Source: Macrostomum lignano (lineage: Eukaryota). From it: 64,000 nt of DNA. A program made the translations under genes and the position numbers. Location of the stretch: positions 1 to 64,000 of the forward strand of contig NIVC01000251.1 in the NCBI GenBank assembly GCA_002269645.1, written 5' to 3'. The notes under the pieces are model-generated. The model was not told the origin of the DNA, searched no databases, and was given only the letters and a program-made list of their open reading frames with translations. Positions 22,471 to 63,056 of this stretch are shown here, piece after piece (the stretch's first letter is position 1; the number at the start of each line of letters is the position of its first letter).

Positions 22471-23498
22471 TGGTCTTCGGCACTATGACAATTGCGCCAT
22501 ATTGATACTGCACTATTAACTTTCCATAGCGCTAATCTTTTGTTGTTGGTGTTTGCTGTTTTGTTCTAAAAATAGGCGTCCATTATCCCGAGTTCGAAAT
22601 CATTATCCTGAAGTTTAAGTGAAAAAATAAATGGAATATGCTCATGGTTTAACCATAGACGATTGCATTATCCTAAAGGCTGATTTTTGACAATGTGACG
22701 ACAGTCTTGCAGTATAACTTTACTGATAAAATCGCGTGGAGTTACGAGCGTAATTCGGGGTATCTTAACTTTACTGCACCCTTTCAAGCCTTCATATTTC
22801 CTATTTATTTACCTTCAACGGCAACTGGCTTTCAACTAGGCGGAGCTTTTGGATCTTCAAGGGGTGGCAGGCACCACCCAACGACGAATCCCCAAAGATA
22901 ATAATTTATCAAAGCAGGTTTGAAAAATGGATGCGGAAGTTTGTACACAGAAATTCAGCGTGCGCGTGCTGATGAAATATAAAAGCTTGGCAAAACAGCA
23001 CTTTACTGTTGAATATCATGACGGTATGGAGCTGTGACGACTTGATCTTTATTTGATCAAGTCGTCAAGTCGACTTGATCAAGTCAAGTTTAACGGCCGT
23101 TACCCCATATCCTAGATATTCTTTATGTCTGTGATAATGCACTCTTGTTTTATCTTCCCGATATTTCACTAGCAGAGTAAAAATTCCCACCGATATTTTG
23201 GGCACGAATCAGGTAAGAATTCACTTTTTTCCTGACCTCAAAAATTGAAAATCAGAAAAATGTAGAAGGCCCTCAATAGGTCTATGAGATTGGTATGTAT
23301 TTGCAATTGCTATGAGGTTTGGTAGTATATTTCTCGTTAAAAATTGTTTTGTTGTCAAGAATACATGAAATACAACCCCGAAATTAAAAAAATCAAATTG
23401 TGTTTTATGCCTATGGTAAAATGCATCCTGGAAAAGACCCTGCGTCGAGGCTGTAGGCGTTTCCGAGGGAGGATATACGGCATAATCCTCGGGCTGTG

Positions 23499-26400
23499 AC
23501 TACTAAGGGCCGGCAGATCCGGGCGTTTTTGGAGGTGGGGTGGGTGTCAACCCACCCGCCTCTCATTGGCTGGCGCTCGGCGCGCGCGCGCCGCAGGCGC
23601 GTGGCGCCAAGCGCCATCCAGGCGCCAATCAGGCGCCCATGCCGCAGGCGCACCCTCCCGATATGTACACCCTCCCGATATGTATGCCGCAGGCACACCC
23701 TCCCGATATGTACCCCGATATGCCCACCCTCCCGATATGTATGCCCTCCCTCCAGAGCAGCAGGCGCCCCAAACCGCAGGCACCCCGAGTGTACACTCTC
23801 CCAAACCGCAGGCACCCCGAGTGTACACTCTCCCAAGCCAAATGTACACTCTCCCATGCCGCAGGCACCCGAGTGTACACTCTCCCATGCCGCAGGCACC
23901 CCGAGTGTACACTCTCCCCAGTACGGGTGTACACTCTCCCCAGTACACTCTCCCGATATGTGTGTACACCGATATGTAGTCAACGATACGTGCCTCATCC
24001 CCTCTCTCACCCACATCTCAACTAGCGAAATCGAACCCAGGTCACGCCCATACTAGGCCACTACACGGTTGTGGGGTATAGGGAGCGAGAAGTTTCAACC
24101 CTAACGCTGACGCAGCCCTGTAGCAGGGGACAGATAACAGGCGGCCCCCTGTAGCAGTATGAGGTGGGGGGTACAGAGAGACACGGGGTGCTGGGACAGA
24201 GAGGCATGTACGGGCAGAGAGGGGTGGGTGGACACAGAGACGGCCACTAGGTTATTATACTGTTGAGGCATAGGGAGCGAGAAGTTTTAACCCCAGATGC
24301 TGACGCAGCCCTGTACAGTGAGTGTGTACGGGCAGAGGGTGGGTGGACAGAGAGATGTGAATAACACAACCTGCAGCAGGAGCCGGATAGAGAGGCGCAT
24401 GCTAGGACAGAGAGGCAGTGTGAGTCACACACCCCCACAGAGAGAGCCGTACAGAGGATAGAGAGCTCCCTCCCCAGTTGCAGGGGACAGAGAGGCAGGC
24501 AGGGTATGCAGGGGCATGCGAACAGTCAAGGGGCCACGCGAGGATAGAGTGGAGGAGCAGAGATGTGTATGGACAGAGAGCCGGCCACGCGTGCGTAGTG
24601 TGAGGGAACAGAAACATATGGAGCAGGAGGGAGATAGGGCGCAAACGCTCTGGGTAAGGGAGCCACACAGGGCGGTACAGTGAGACACAGGCAGGGGTGG
24701 AGCCGTGCGTGGACAGAGCTGAACGGCACGGTCGGCTGCAGGAATAGGATGATAGAGAGGCGCGGAGAGGAGGGGACAGAGAGCAGTGTGCAGGGGTAGG
24801 CAGCCACGCTGGCAGGGGAACAGAGGCGCGTGTAGCCAGTTGCAGCCCGGGACAGAGAAGTGTGAAGGGGGCCTGGGGCAGAGTTCCGAGCAAGGCACAG
24901 AGAGGTAGGGTCCGGTAGCCATGTATAGACAGGGACCCACGCGAGGGCAGGACAGGGGAGTAGACATGCAAGTTGCATGCAAGGCCAGAGAGGTGTGCGC
25001 GGAGGGAGACAGAGAGCAGTGTGTAGGGGTAGGTAACAGCAAACTTTAGTAGAGGTGCGTGCGGGGACGGAGAAACCAGTCTGAGCGTACAGAGACGTTA
25101 CAGAGAGGTACACAAACATAGAACAAAGCGAGCAGAGCACATGTGTAGGGACAGAGACGTGAGGGAGAATCGACCAAAACACACTATGTATTTCCAAAAG
25201 TTGGTTTTAGTGCAACATATTTAATAGTGGGTAGTATAATAGTATGTACATAGTAGGTATAATAGTAGTAATAATAGTAAGTATATTAGCCCAAAAGGTA
25301 GGCTAAAACAGGCTAAACTGTGTGTACGCATCCTCATCACCCCACAAGCCCCCTCTCCGCCAGACTCACTCTTCCAAACCCTCTTATATTGCTGTATGAA
25401 GGAAAATATAGTGTAAAAATACAGATGTTAACCGTTAGACCGCTGAAATCAGGGCACACTAGAGGGGTTTCGGGGTCTGCATGCTCTATGTAAGCTGCTT
25501 GAGGAGGTTCCAAGGGCGTTGGGCGGGTTTCCATTATGTTTAGAAAAAAACTAGGGGCTTAAATACAACGTTTTATTCAAAAAAGTAGGTTATTTTAATG
25601 AAATAGCTGACACAATCATTGTCGAGAGTAGAAATTTTTATAAGAAACCAGGCATTTTAGCAAAAATAAACCTTCAAACCACATAATATTGAATAAAAAG
25701 CAGACATTTTCAATTATAAACCGCAAGTATTATAATAGAAAAGTAAGCAAACAAGGCACAAAACCAGCAAATTTTACCTTTTTTATTTTAATGTTACTGA
25801 TAAGGTAGAGAGTAGAAACTTGTGAGCTGTACGGAGTTAGAAAGTATTAACCAATATGTATCGTATGAATTATTAGTTCAGTACCAGCCATTGGTCAAGC
25901 GAGCATTTATGAAGTTATTACGAGTGATGAAGGGATAGAGAGCTATATACAGGAAGACAGTATCCTTCTAAACCACCACGAACAGATTGCTAATAGAGAT
26001 AAGCTTTGTCTGTGTGCAGTATGAGTAAGCGAAGGCGGGGCAAATACTTTTCCACATGCCGGACAGAACAGTATTGTGCTAGGATTTCTCTCGAAATCGC
26101 GGTACGTTACTAGTTTTTATCACACCATCCAGATGCGTCAACTAGTCAGCAGTAGTCATTTATATGTTATTAGAACTTACAAACCCAGGTCAGGTAAATA
26201 TTACAAAGAGTATATTACGTACACACGCCAACTCCGAATACCAAGCCATACTAGTCTACTTGCAGTGCTCCTGGAGGGAAGGGACGGTCAAGAGTTACAC
26301 ACCAAGAATACATTCACACAAAGAGTACACCACTCGAGCCCCGTCCATGCGCCCCGATATGTATGACGCAGGCAACCCTCCCGACATGTATGCCGCAGGC

Positions 26401-26861
26401 GACCCTCCCGACATGTACCCCAACATGTATGTCGCAGGCATGGGAGAGTGTACACTCGGGTGCCTGCGGCATGGGAGAGTGTACATTTGGCTCGGGAGAG
26501 TGTACACTCGGGGTGCCTGCGGTTTGGGAGAGTGTACACTCGGGGTGCCTGCGGTTTGGGAGAGTGTACACTCGGGGTGCCTGCGGTTTGGGGCGCCTGC
26601 TGCTCTGGAGGGAGGGCATACATATCGGGAGGGTGGGCATATCGGGGTACATATCGGGAGGGTGTGCCTGCGGCATACATATCGGGAGGGTGTACATATC
26701 GGGAGGGTGCGCCTGCGGCATGGGCGCCTGATTGGCGCCTGGATGGCGCTTGGCGCCACGCGCCTGCGGCGCGCGCGCGCCGAGCGCCAGCCAATGAGAG
26801 GCGGGTGGGTTGACACCCACCCCACCTCCAAAAACGCCCGGATCTGCCGGCCCTTAGTAGT
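23499..26861. mobile_element. 3,363-bp non-autonomous DNA element with about 400-bp TIRs and a 6-bp TSD (Polinton/Maverick-like architecture)
   Basis: Left TIR 23499-23891 matches right TIR 26437-26861 (one extra 32-bp subunit on the right). Termini are ACTACT...AGTAGT. GCTGTG flanks both ends (23493-23498 and 26862-26867). The interior is AG-rich low-complexity sequence with no credible ORF. Confidence 0.85.
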
Positions 26862-28163
26862 GCTGTGAGTATTTCATTCGATGTTCCGTCTCATCACGAA
26901 CGAAAATGTTACTGCATGGCTGCGCCGATTCATGATTAAATTGAGTGCTCGCAGGACCAACTAGACTGAAAAAATGTATGTTAAAAATGAATAGTTGAGC
27001 ATCAGACTGTGCCGTTCTATGAACTACAAAGTTTTTTTAGATTGTCACAACGTAATACTACTAAATGAGTACAGCTATGATTAGCAAAAAAAGTTGTTTT
27101 TACATGTAGCTACAAAAATCGTGCCGATTTGTTTTATCGGACCCAACAAAGCTGGCCCTGCATGCTACTCTCAGAGCTCTGAAATGAAATTCCAATTTGG
27201 AAAATCCATGCAGAAAAGACATCATCAAGCAGATCTAGAGCTATACATGTACAACCCTGGCCCATCCAGCCCCCCAGGGTGCGTAGTCCTTAAATTTTGA
27301 AATTACAATACGCTTAGGCATCACAGGAAAACATAAAATACGCCGTCAAGGTCTAAACAAGCAGCGTAACACGGAGTGCTTCTGGGCTAGAGCGCGAGGC
27401 ATCGACTTCGCTGCCAACCATAAACCCTAAACCGAATCTGGAATTCGGATGAGGAACTATCAGCGTCCAGGTCTCATTGCAATTATTTACAGAATTTTTA
27501 AATCTTCTTACAGCCCAGCATCGATTCTATATAGAAAATGTCCATTGCTTCCAAACAGATACTCGTACTGATATTACATGCTGATTTTTCAACATCTTAT
27601 GCACCAAATCCATATGTCGATATCATTCATTTTGAGGATTGACTTTGAGTTTACTTTTTCAGCCTGATTTCGTGTACTATGTTAAACTATTAAAGTCCCG
27701 TGACGAATTAGAATTCAACTTTTCTTAATTATAAATGAATGCTCGATTGGAACCCTCTTCGTGTGAAATCAATTTCAAATTGCCCAATCAAATAAGCTAA
27801 AAACTTACCAGAAACTGAGTTGAAAATATAAACAACAGCGTCAAATCACACAAATCACATATGGACACACAATACCTATTTACGAGCGTAAGAGGTTAAA
27901 AAATAATATTTTTTCACAAGAAATCTCGCGGTGAAGATAGGTATAAAAAAGAGTTGTTTCACACTCAGTAATAGAAAAGACAATACACGCATTGTACGTG
28001 TATCTGTAAATCAGAAAATTAAATACTTGGTGATGAAAAACTGTAACAGTACTCTAAAAACATCTAAACGATTCTGAGTCATTTTTGACACAAAAATACG
28101 AGCATACGAGTACTTTAGGCAATTCACAGTCATCATCCGACGACGACATGACCGTGAGCCATT

Positions 28164-29174
28164 CTAATGCTTTTCCACTCGAAAGCCAACGCTGCCACCA
28201 GCGTAGAAATGTCCTCGCTGGGCTAGTCGCCAATCGTCCGCCGAATCCCGTTGTCCTTGACGCTTGTCGTCATCGAATGAACTCGCCTGGCCATCGGTGA
28301 CCTTTGCAACGTTGCGAATCGGTTCGTTAAGCAGTGTTGGCGGTCCGTCGCGCGTCTCAAAGATGGCCGCCATTTCCAGATCGTCGGTGCCTCCGTTTGT
28401 CCCTTTGACTGATAGAAGCTGCGATCGTCTGGTCTGATACTGCTCGTGAAGCGACTGTCCCTGCTGCGACTCCAAAGCGCTCCAGTCATTCTGCCGATGA
28501 TGCGGCCCAGCTGGAACGGTGATCTTGGTAAAGAAGCTTCCGCCTGACGAGGTTGACGGCACCGGCGGAGTGGCAGGCTTGTACGGTAGGGGGTTTCGAC
28601 GATGAATCACGGCATAGTCTGGTTCTCTGGCTTTCTGCACGGGCCTGCCTCCTCCATTGTCCGTATAATCGCGGGACTCGCCGTTTCCTTGTCTGAGTTT
28701 ACTATGTGATGAAGCGAGAGCGGCTCGATTAATCGATGAACCAAACTCGGACGCTTTAGCGAATTCCTCCATGTAGGCTGTGCGATGTCGATTGACAACG
28801 TCGATGACGACTTTAACGCTGACGGAGTCGTTCAATCGCATGATGGTCACGCAGCGTTGGTCGTAGTCTTTGACGCATATAACGATAGTCGTTGGTTCAT
28901 TTGTGAGTACAATGATGTCGGACAGGCGTTGGTACCGGATGAACTCGATCGGCATTGAGGCGAACATGCCATGATCGCCCAGTTGAATTCCGGTATCAAA
29001 TACTCGCAGCTCTGTTGTGACTTTTATATGTCGTCTCTTGGCTTTGTCAATTAGCTGCCTGGCCACCATAGCGTTGAAATCTTCGTCCGGCTTAATCAGG
29101 AATCGACCAACAACGCGTACCTTGGTTTTGAGCACCTTTTGTCCGTGCTGAACTGGCTCAGACTTTATCGACAT
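28164..29174 (-). CDS. Uncharacterised single-exon protein (about 336 aa from the first ATG) with a possible N-terminal PH/PTB-like fold and a disordered C-terminus
   Basis: Long open frame with coding-like composition. An alternating beta-strand pattern followed by a helix (about aa 30-145 of the ORF) suggests a PH/PTB-like fold. The ORF-track start at 29222 is TTG; the first ATG is at 29174. Confidence 0.65.
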   Translation of the reverse strand: MSIKSEPVQHGQKVLKTKVRVVGRFLIKPDEDFNAMVARQLIDKAKRRHIKVTTELRVFDTGIQLGDHGMFASMPIEFIRYQRLSDIIVLTNEPTTIVICVKDYDQRCVTIMRLNDSVSVKVVIDVVNRHRTAYMEEFAKASEFGSSINRAALASSHSKLRQGNGESRDYTDNGGGRPVQKAREPDYAVIHRRNPLPYKPATPPVPSTSSGGSFFTKITVPAGPHHRQNDWSALESQQGQSLHEQYQTRRSQLLSVKGTNGGTDDLEMAAIFETRDGPPTLLNEPIRNVAKVTDGQASSFDDDKRQGQRDSADDWRLAQRGHFYAGGSVGFRVEKH

Positions 29175-29975
29175 GTTCTTTGTCGATTCGTCGATCGTTA
29201 TTCTTGAGAATCTCTCTATCAATTAATTAAACTTTAAGTTGCTACTTGGCTATGTAGGAAGCAAAGCTCGGAATGCGCGATCCGCACAATAAATAAAGCC
29301 GCTTCGTCTTGCTTGGTCAGAGCTTTCGCAAAGAATGTTTAATGGTTAGAGAGGAAACAAGACAGAAGAGACAGCTCCGACTTTTTGATGCAGAATGGGC
29401 TGGCATGCGCAGAGCGCAAGTAGTTTTTATTCAGTGCTCAAAATTTCAACATATAAAATCATTCTCTCTCATTCGCACAGGTGATGGCGCATCTCAGTGT
29501 CTACCCACACACTAGTATCGCCCTCTCAGAGGCACAATAGTCAGAAAACACTGCATTAGATGGAAAAGCGCTTTTGCTTTTTTATGAGCCGAGCAAGGAA
29601 AGAATGCGGTCTGCTCTGTGCATGCATGGGGTGGTTGAATGGGTGGGTGGATGGGTGGGTCCGACTCTTCTACTATAGCTGCATTTCGAATTCTGTAACT
29701 GTTCTGAATTCTGTAAGATAATTATAAATTGAATTAAACTTGTTTAGCTTAAGCTAATAACATGCAAAGGTCAAATATAACGTACGATGATTGCGCAAAA
29801 TAATGATTACATTTAGCAAATGCAAAGGCTACTTGAAGCAAGGTAGGGTACCAGGGGTTCACCATGGATTTTATGGTGGGGGGCAAAACCAAGAATTCTG
29901 CATATTGTACATGCACATGACAAAATTCCTACATGGACATTATTTTCAGAATGGTGCTGTCAGAAATTATTTTAT

Positions 29976-30349
29976 TTAGCGCCGCAGGCACTCATTTTAG
30001 CGATTGGCACTCATTTTAGCGCTGCAGGCACTCATTTTAGCGCTGCAGGCAGTCATTTTAGCGCCACAGGCACTCATTTTAGCGCTGCAGGCACCATTTT
30101 AGCGCCGCAGGCACTCATTTTAGCGCTGCAGGCACCATTTTAGCGCCGCAGGCACTCATTTTAGCGCCGCAGGCACTCATTTTAGCGCCGCAGGCACTCA
30201 ATTTAGCGCCGCAGGCACTCAATTTAGCGCTGCAGGCACCATTTTAGCGCCGCAGGCACTCATTTTAGCGCCGCAGGCACTCATTTTAGCGCCGCAGGCA
30301 CTCAATTTAGCGCCGCAGGCACTCAATTTAGCGCTGCAGGCACCATTTT
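29976..30349 (+). repeat. 20-21-bp minisatellite (TTTTAGCGCCGCAGGCACTCA)n, about 17-18 copies
   Basis: Directly visible tandem array with no unique spacers. Confidence 0.95.
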
Positions 30350-31020
30350 TGTCGCCCTAAAGCAAAATTATTGATTTCCATAACAGCTGTTAACAAAGGT
30401 GCGCGGGGTTGGGGGGGGGGACAAAGCATTGGCATGTCCCCCCATACATGTAGCTCTTGCTGTTGGGACATGTTCCCCCTGTCCCCCTGGTAGATATCAG
30501 CAGAGTCAGCCGCACGATTTGGCGCTACGCCCAGCCATGGAGTCCAGCAGGTGTTAAGAAGTTTACAAATCCGATAAAATACACAATTCATTGTTGGTCT
30601 GCGTCAAGATAATATATTTAACGCACTTTTCCGGTGTTGCAGTATAAGATTAGTTCCAACTTTTAGATTTGTGCATGGCGCAAGCAAGAAAATGATCCGA
30701 ATGACTTTTTGTAACTATATTTTTTTCTCTATTGGGTCATCGGCGCGCTATAGTAGTATCGAAAAGCTGCGACTGTTAAAACAATTTACGAGCGTGTTAC
30801 ATGTATGTAGAAAATTAATATGTAATCCACTTTGCTTGTGCGCCTTGTCTATGATCCCCCAGTGTTAATGAGTGGTGATATAATCAGTAGCGTAACTCTG
30901 CTGCCATAGACAAACCAACGAGATGGATAGACATGGATAGCGGAGATAACCCATTATCTCCGTCGGAGTCGCACATGCCGTGGATTACATACGAAGAATC
31001 GTACAAAGAATCGCCTGATA

Positions 31021-31820
31021 CTACACCTTTTTGCGTTCTATTTCGATAAAACTGCATTCAATTTCGGCAAACTGGCTTTCATTTTCGACATCAGCTACGG
31101 CCGCACATCCAAACTGCATTCGAATTCGACAGACCGAGAAACAATTTCGGCAAACTGCTTTCAATTTCGGCAACTCGAGTTTCTATTTAGACAAAGCGAT
31201 ATTCAATTTCGGCAAACTGCACTCAATTTCGGCAGCGCCAATCTAAAAGGGGAATAAATACAAAAAGAGGATTTAGGACTTGGAATCTGCACAAATACTG
31301 CATTTGGAGTACAGTTAAGGTGTAATTGAAATTTGAACACGCAAAAACCTGTGCACTCATCAGCAAGCAATAGCGCGGGAAGGAACAAAGTGCATGGCCA
31401 GAAACAATAGCAAAGTATGTACATCGTATGTACATCGTATTCGTGCACAAGTAATACGCATTTAACTACACCTTAACTCCAAATTCAGTACTTGTGCAGA
31501 TTCCAAGTCCTAAGTCCTATTTTTGTATTTATTCCCCTTTTAGATTGGCGCTGTCGAAATTGAGTGCAGTTTGACGTAATCGAAAATCAGTTTTGGGTTT
31601 GGATGCGCTTATTTCCATAGACAGTCTGTGTCACGAGGCACTGGCTGTCGAAAATGAATATACGATGCCGAAATTGAATGCAGTTTGCCGAAATTATTTC
31701 TCAGTTTGTCGAATTCCAATGCAGTTTGGCTGTGCGGCCGTAGCTGATGTCGATCAAAATGAAAGCCAGTTTGCCGAAATTGAATGCAGTTTTATCGAAA
31801 TAGAACGCAAAAAGGTGTAG
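31021..31820. mobile_element. Foldback element of about 800 bp, or two inverted copies of a 300-350-bp TA-flanked MITE
   Basis: About 31021-31330 is the diverged reverse complement of about 31460-31820. Each arm is bounded by TA-CACCTT...AAGGTG-TA. Internal AATTTCGGCAAACTG subrepeats. Confidence 0.8.
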
Positions 31821-33114
31821 GAGATGAGCCATAGACAGGATCTCTTCGCTTCGCTCGGAGACTGTATGGCTATCTTCTCGTATCAGGCGATTCTTGTTTA
31901 TATATTATTTACATTTTTAAAGTTTACAGAGACAATTATATTTAGGAAGAGAAACCTATTGATCTTCATTCTTTCGGCTATAAGAGCAGCAGAACAAACA
32001 ATCCGAACATTTTCAGCAATTAATGTCTTTTTAAGACTGACACATGTATTTTAAACTGCATGCTTAAAATTATTAATTCACAGCACTGACTAAACAGAAA
32101 TTGAGCTCACATTTGCCTGACTGCGTCGACTCTCTTGTAACGGAATGAGGCCCGACAGCTCTGAGGTGCTGGCTCTGGCATGGGAACACAGACAGGGAAT
32201 GCGCAGCGCAGACTCGCAATGCACCGCCAAATGACACACCACCAATTAAGCAAAGAATGATAAAAAGGGTTCATAAATTAGCGATCGAGTCGATCTGTGC
32301 TATTTTACAATTTTCGTTCACAGGAATGTACGTATCTGCAAGAAATTAATAAAAGCACCCATGCAATCCAATTTTTCTATGAGCATTATGAATAATTATT
32401 TAAGTTCTTTGAATGATTATTAATAAATGATTATTATTAATATTTAAAAAAGAACTATAATAAAAGCCATAGTGATCGATATAAAAAATATCATTTGATC
32501 TGCCTGATATCAAAAGAAAATTACAATTTTTGTGCTGAAATGATGATAATAATAGATATGATTTATTATGATTTAAAAATATACTTTTCCGAATTTGATC
32601 TGTGCTATAATCTAAATAAAAGTTTCTAGGTAAAGGCGTAAAAACGAAAACAGTTTCTAAAAACTAAACGGCATAAGGCTCTTTTTTGAACTTTTTTAAT
32701 AGTAAGTATCAAGAAAATTTAAATTTACGTAACTTTTGCTGGCGTAAATAAACATTTATTTTAAACTTTGTTAAAATACGTAGTGTATATGACTCTCTTT
32801 TTAAACAAATGCATACAGTATCGCGCAAAATTCATATCGAAAAAAAATTATCAATAGGCCTAACAAAGTTTTGTTTCGATACAAGCGAGTTTTATATATC
32901 ATCTGTTATTTAAGATTGGTTAGCATTCGGATATTTCTGCTTACACTGCACTGTTTTAAAATTTTATATTTGTATATCGTCTTTTAGTGTGCGAAATATG
33001 CTCTAGAGAATTTTCCATTAATATTAACTAATTGAGTCTAGCTAGGCCCTAGACTAGTCTAGGCTAGATTCACGGTAACGAACTGTAGCTCTTGATAATT
33101 AGTTATCTCCTGCT

Positions 33115-61250
<28,136 letters not shown>

Positions 61251-62639
61251 AACTTTGCTTTTTAATCTGTTTGCTGCGCTACTATTTGAACTGTCTGGGT
61301 AAATTTATTATTGTATAAAAGACCAATGGCTAAAATATTATGGTTGTATGATGAAAATACTGTGTTCTATAACTTTGAATATATTGCAATATTTTGTGTA
61401 ATGAACGCATTCTGAAATTGAATTACTATTCCCCCAAGGGGCGCAAATGGCTAGTCTACATATACTAAAATTCTCAGAGTGTGCTATCGCAATTTTTAGC
61501 CATTGGTCTTCTCTCCTTATCGCATCCCCTTTATTCCCCTTTGCTCTGAGGCACATGTCTGTTTCTGCTTGCTTAAAATATTTGTTAACAACATTCATTC
61601 TTCGAAAACTTCGAGACAAGTTTTTATTGATTGAGTACAATTTTAATATTTGTGTTTTTTTCTGTTTAAACAACAAACTCAGCCTATACAGAATTGATAA
61701 AATTGTTAGTCGATAAACTCCCAACACACTCGACTTTGCTAAGAAATTGTCTATTACATATGCTTGTGCTTGTTCAATCAATTTGTGAGTTATATTATAT
61801 TGCTTATTTTTCATCTGTATTAATTTAAACTGCACTAATTTACTAACTTTGCAAAAATTACTAAAAAAGCTCCTAATAATAATTTGCAATCACATTTACG
61901 AATGCTGTGCTTGATTATTATTATTATTATTATTCAGAACGCATGGGCTTGCTTGTTGTTAAATATATATCACCCACATATATATATATTCATACACTTA
62001 GTGTCAGTAATCATTTTTAGACAGCATCGGATCAGTTTTCAGGCCGCTTTTTTTCAATTCTATAGCTCAGATTTTTCAGTCGTCCGACCTGTCTCTTGTC
62101 GTTGCTGTACTTTCCAATTGTTTTCAAATATTAAATTTGGTTAAATCGATACACCTAAAATACTTCCCACAGTCGCCAAACTTACTAATTAGCAGTAGTA
62201 GGATTGTAGTTAAAATTTTATAAACTGATCATTTTCCCCTTTACAGTCTGCCTACTCTTTGAGTCGGCTAATTTGTAACAAGTGAACATTGTTGCAAGCT
62301 TGAAATGCAACCTCAACAGTTAAGTTACACTATGACGCTACCAACTTACAAGTAATAACTGAATACAAACTTCTTTTTCTTACCTGTGTAAGAAAACAAC
62401 TATAAATGCTTATTTATGAAATATACTAAAGCACACAAACAGATACAATTCGCCTGCGTTTTTGTGCTGAGTTTAGCATAACAACAGCGTTAACTGATTC
62501 ATTTTGTACTTGCTTTCTATATTGTAATTATAGCATCTTTAATTTTCTTAAATTGGGTAGGGAAATTTCGTAGGAGACCGAAGTTAAACTGTAAAAACGA
62601 ATAAATTTTTTTATGCTCGCGCTCTTCATAACCGCAGAG

Positions 62640-62960
62640 GTCCCACAGAACTCCTCCCACCAACGAACATCTCCACCCGCAGAACCTCTACCCCCATAAA
62701 ACCCCTCCCCCCACAAAACCCCTCCCCCACAAAACCCCTCCCCCACGGAACCCCTTTCCCCACAAAACCCCCTCCACACAACCCCCATGGAACCCCTCCC
62801 CGCACAAACCCCACACAGAACCCCCTCCACGGAACCCCTCCCCGCACAAACGCCCCCCTACAAACCCCTTCCCCCACACAGAACCCCATGCCCCACAGAA
62901 CCCTCCCCCCATATAACCTCCACAGAACCCTCACCCACAAAAAACCCGTTCCCCCCCCCA
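62640..62960 (+). repeat. C-rich degenerate repeat of about 16 bp (CCCCTCCCCCACAAAA)
   Basis: Visible array upstream of the MED29-like CDS; possibly in a 5' UTR intron. Confidence 0.85.
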
Positions 62961-63056
62961 AATTCTTTCGCACAACTTCTACCAGTTATTTATGTCTAAA
63001 CAGTAGTCAATAAGCAATCAATAAAAAAGCATCAACATTACGTGTATTACAAATTC

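Noticed and set aside
24025-24070. tRNA gene on the minus strand (B-box-like GGGTTCGATT)
   Set aside because: Too short and no cloverleaf; at most a decayed SINE head.
23411-26868. Many 120-230-aa ORFs in the TIRs and AG-rich interior
   Set aside because: They are translations of tandem subrepeats, mirrored on both strands, with no domain motifs.
29976-30349. CRISPR array (also considered for the intronic arrays)
   Set aside because: The units are head-to-tail with no unique spacers, there are no cas genes, and the context is eukaryotic.
61338-62144. ORFs in the AT-rich region after BIRC6
   Set aside because: No ATG context or motifs and non-coding composition; probably 3' UTR or intergenic.
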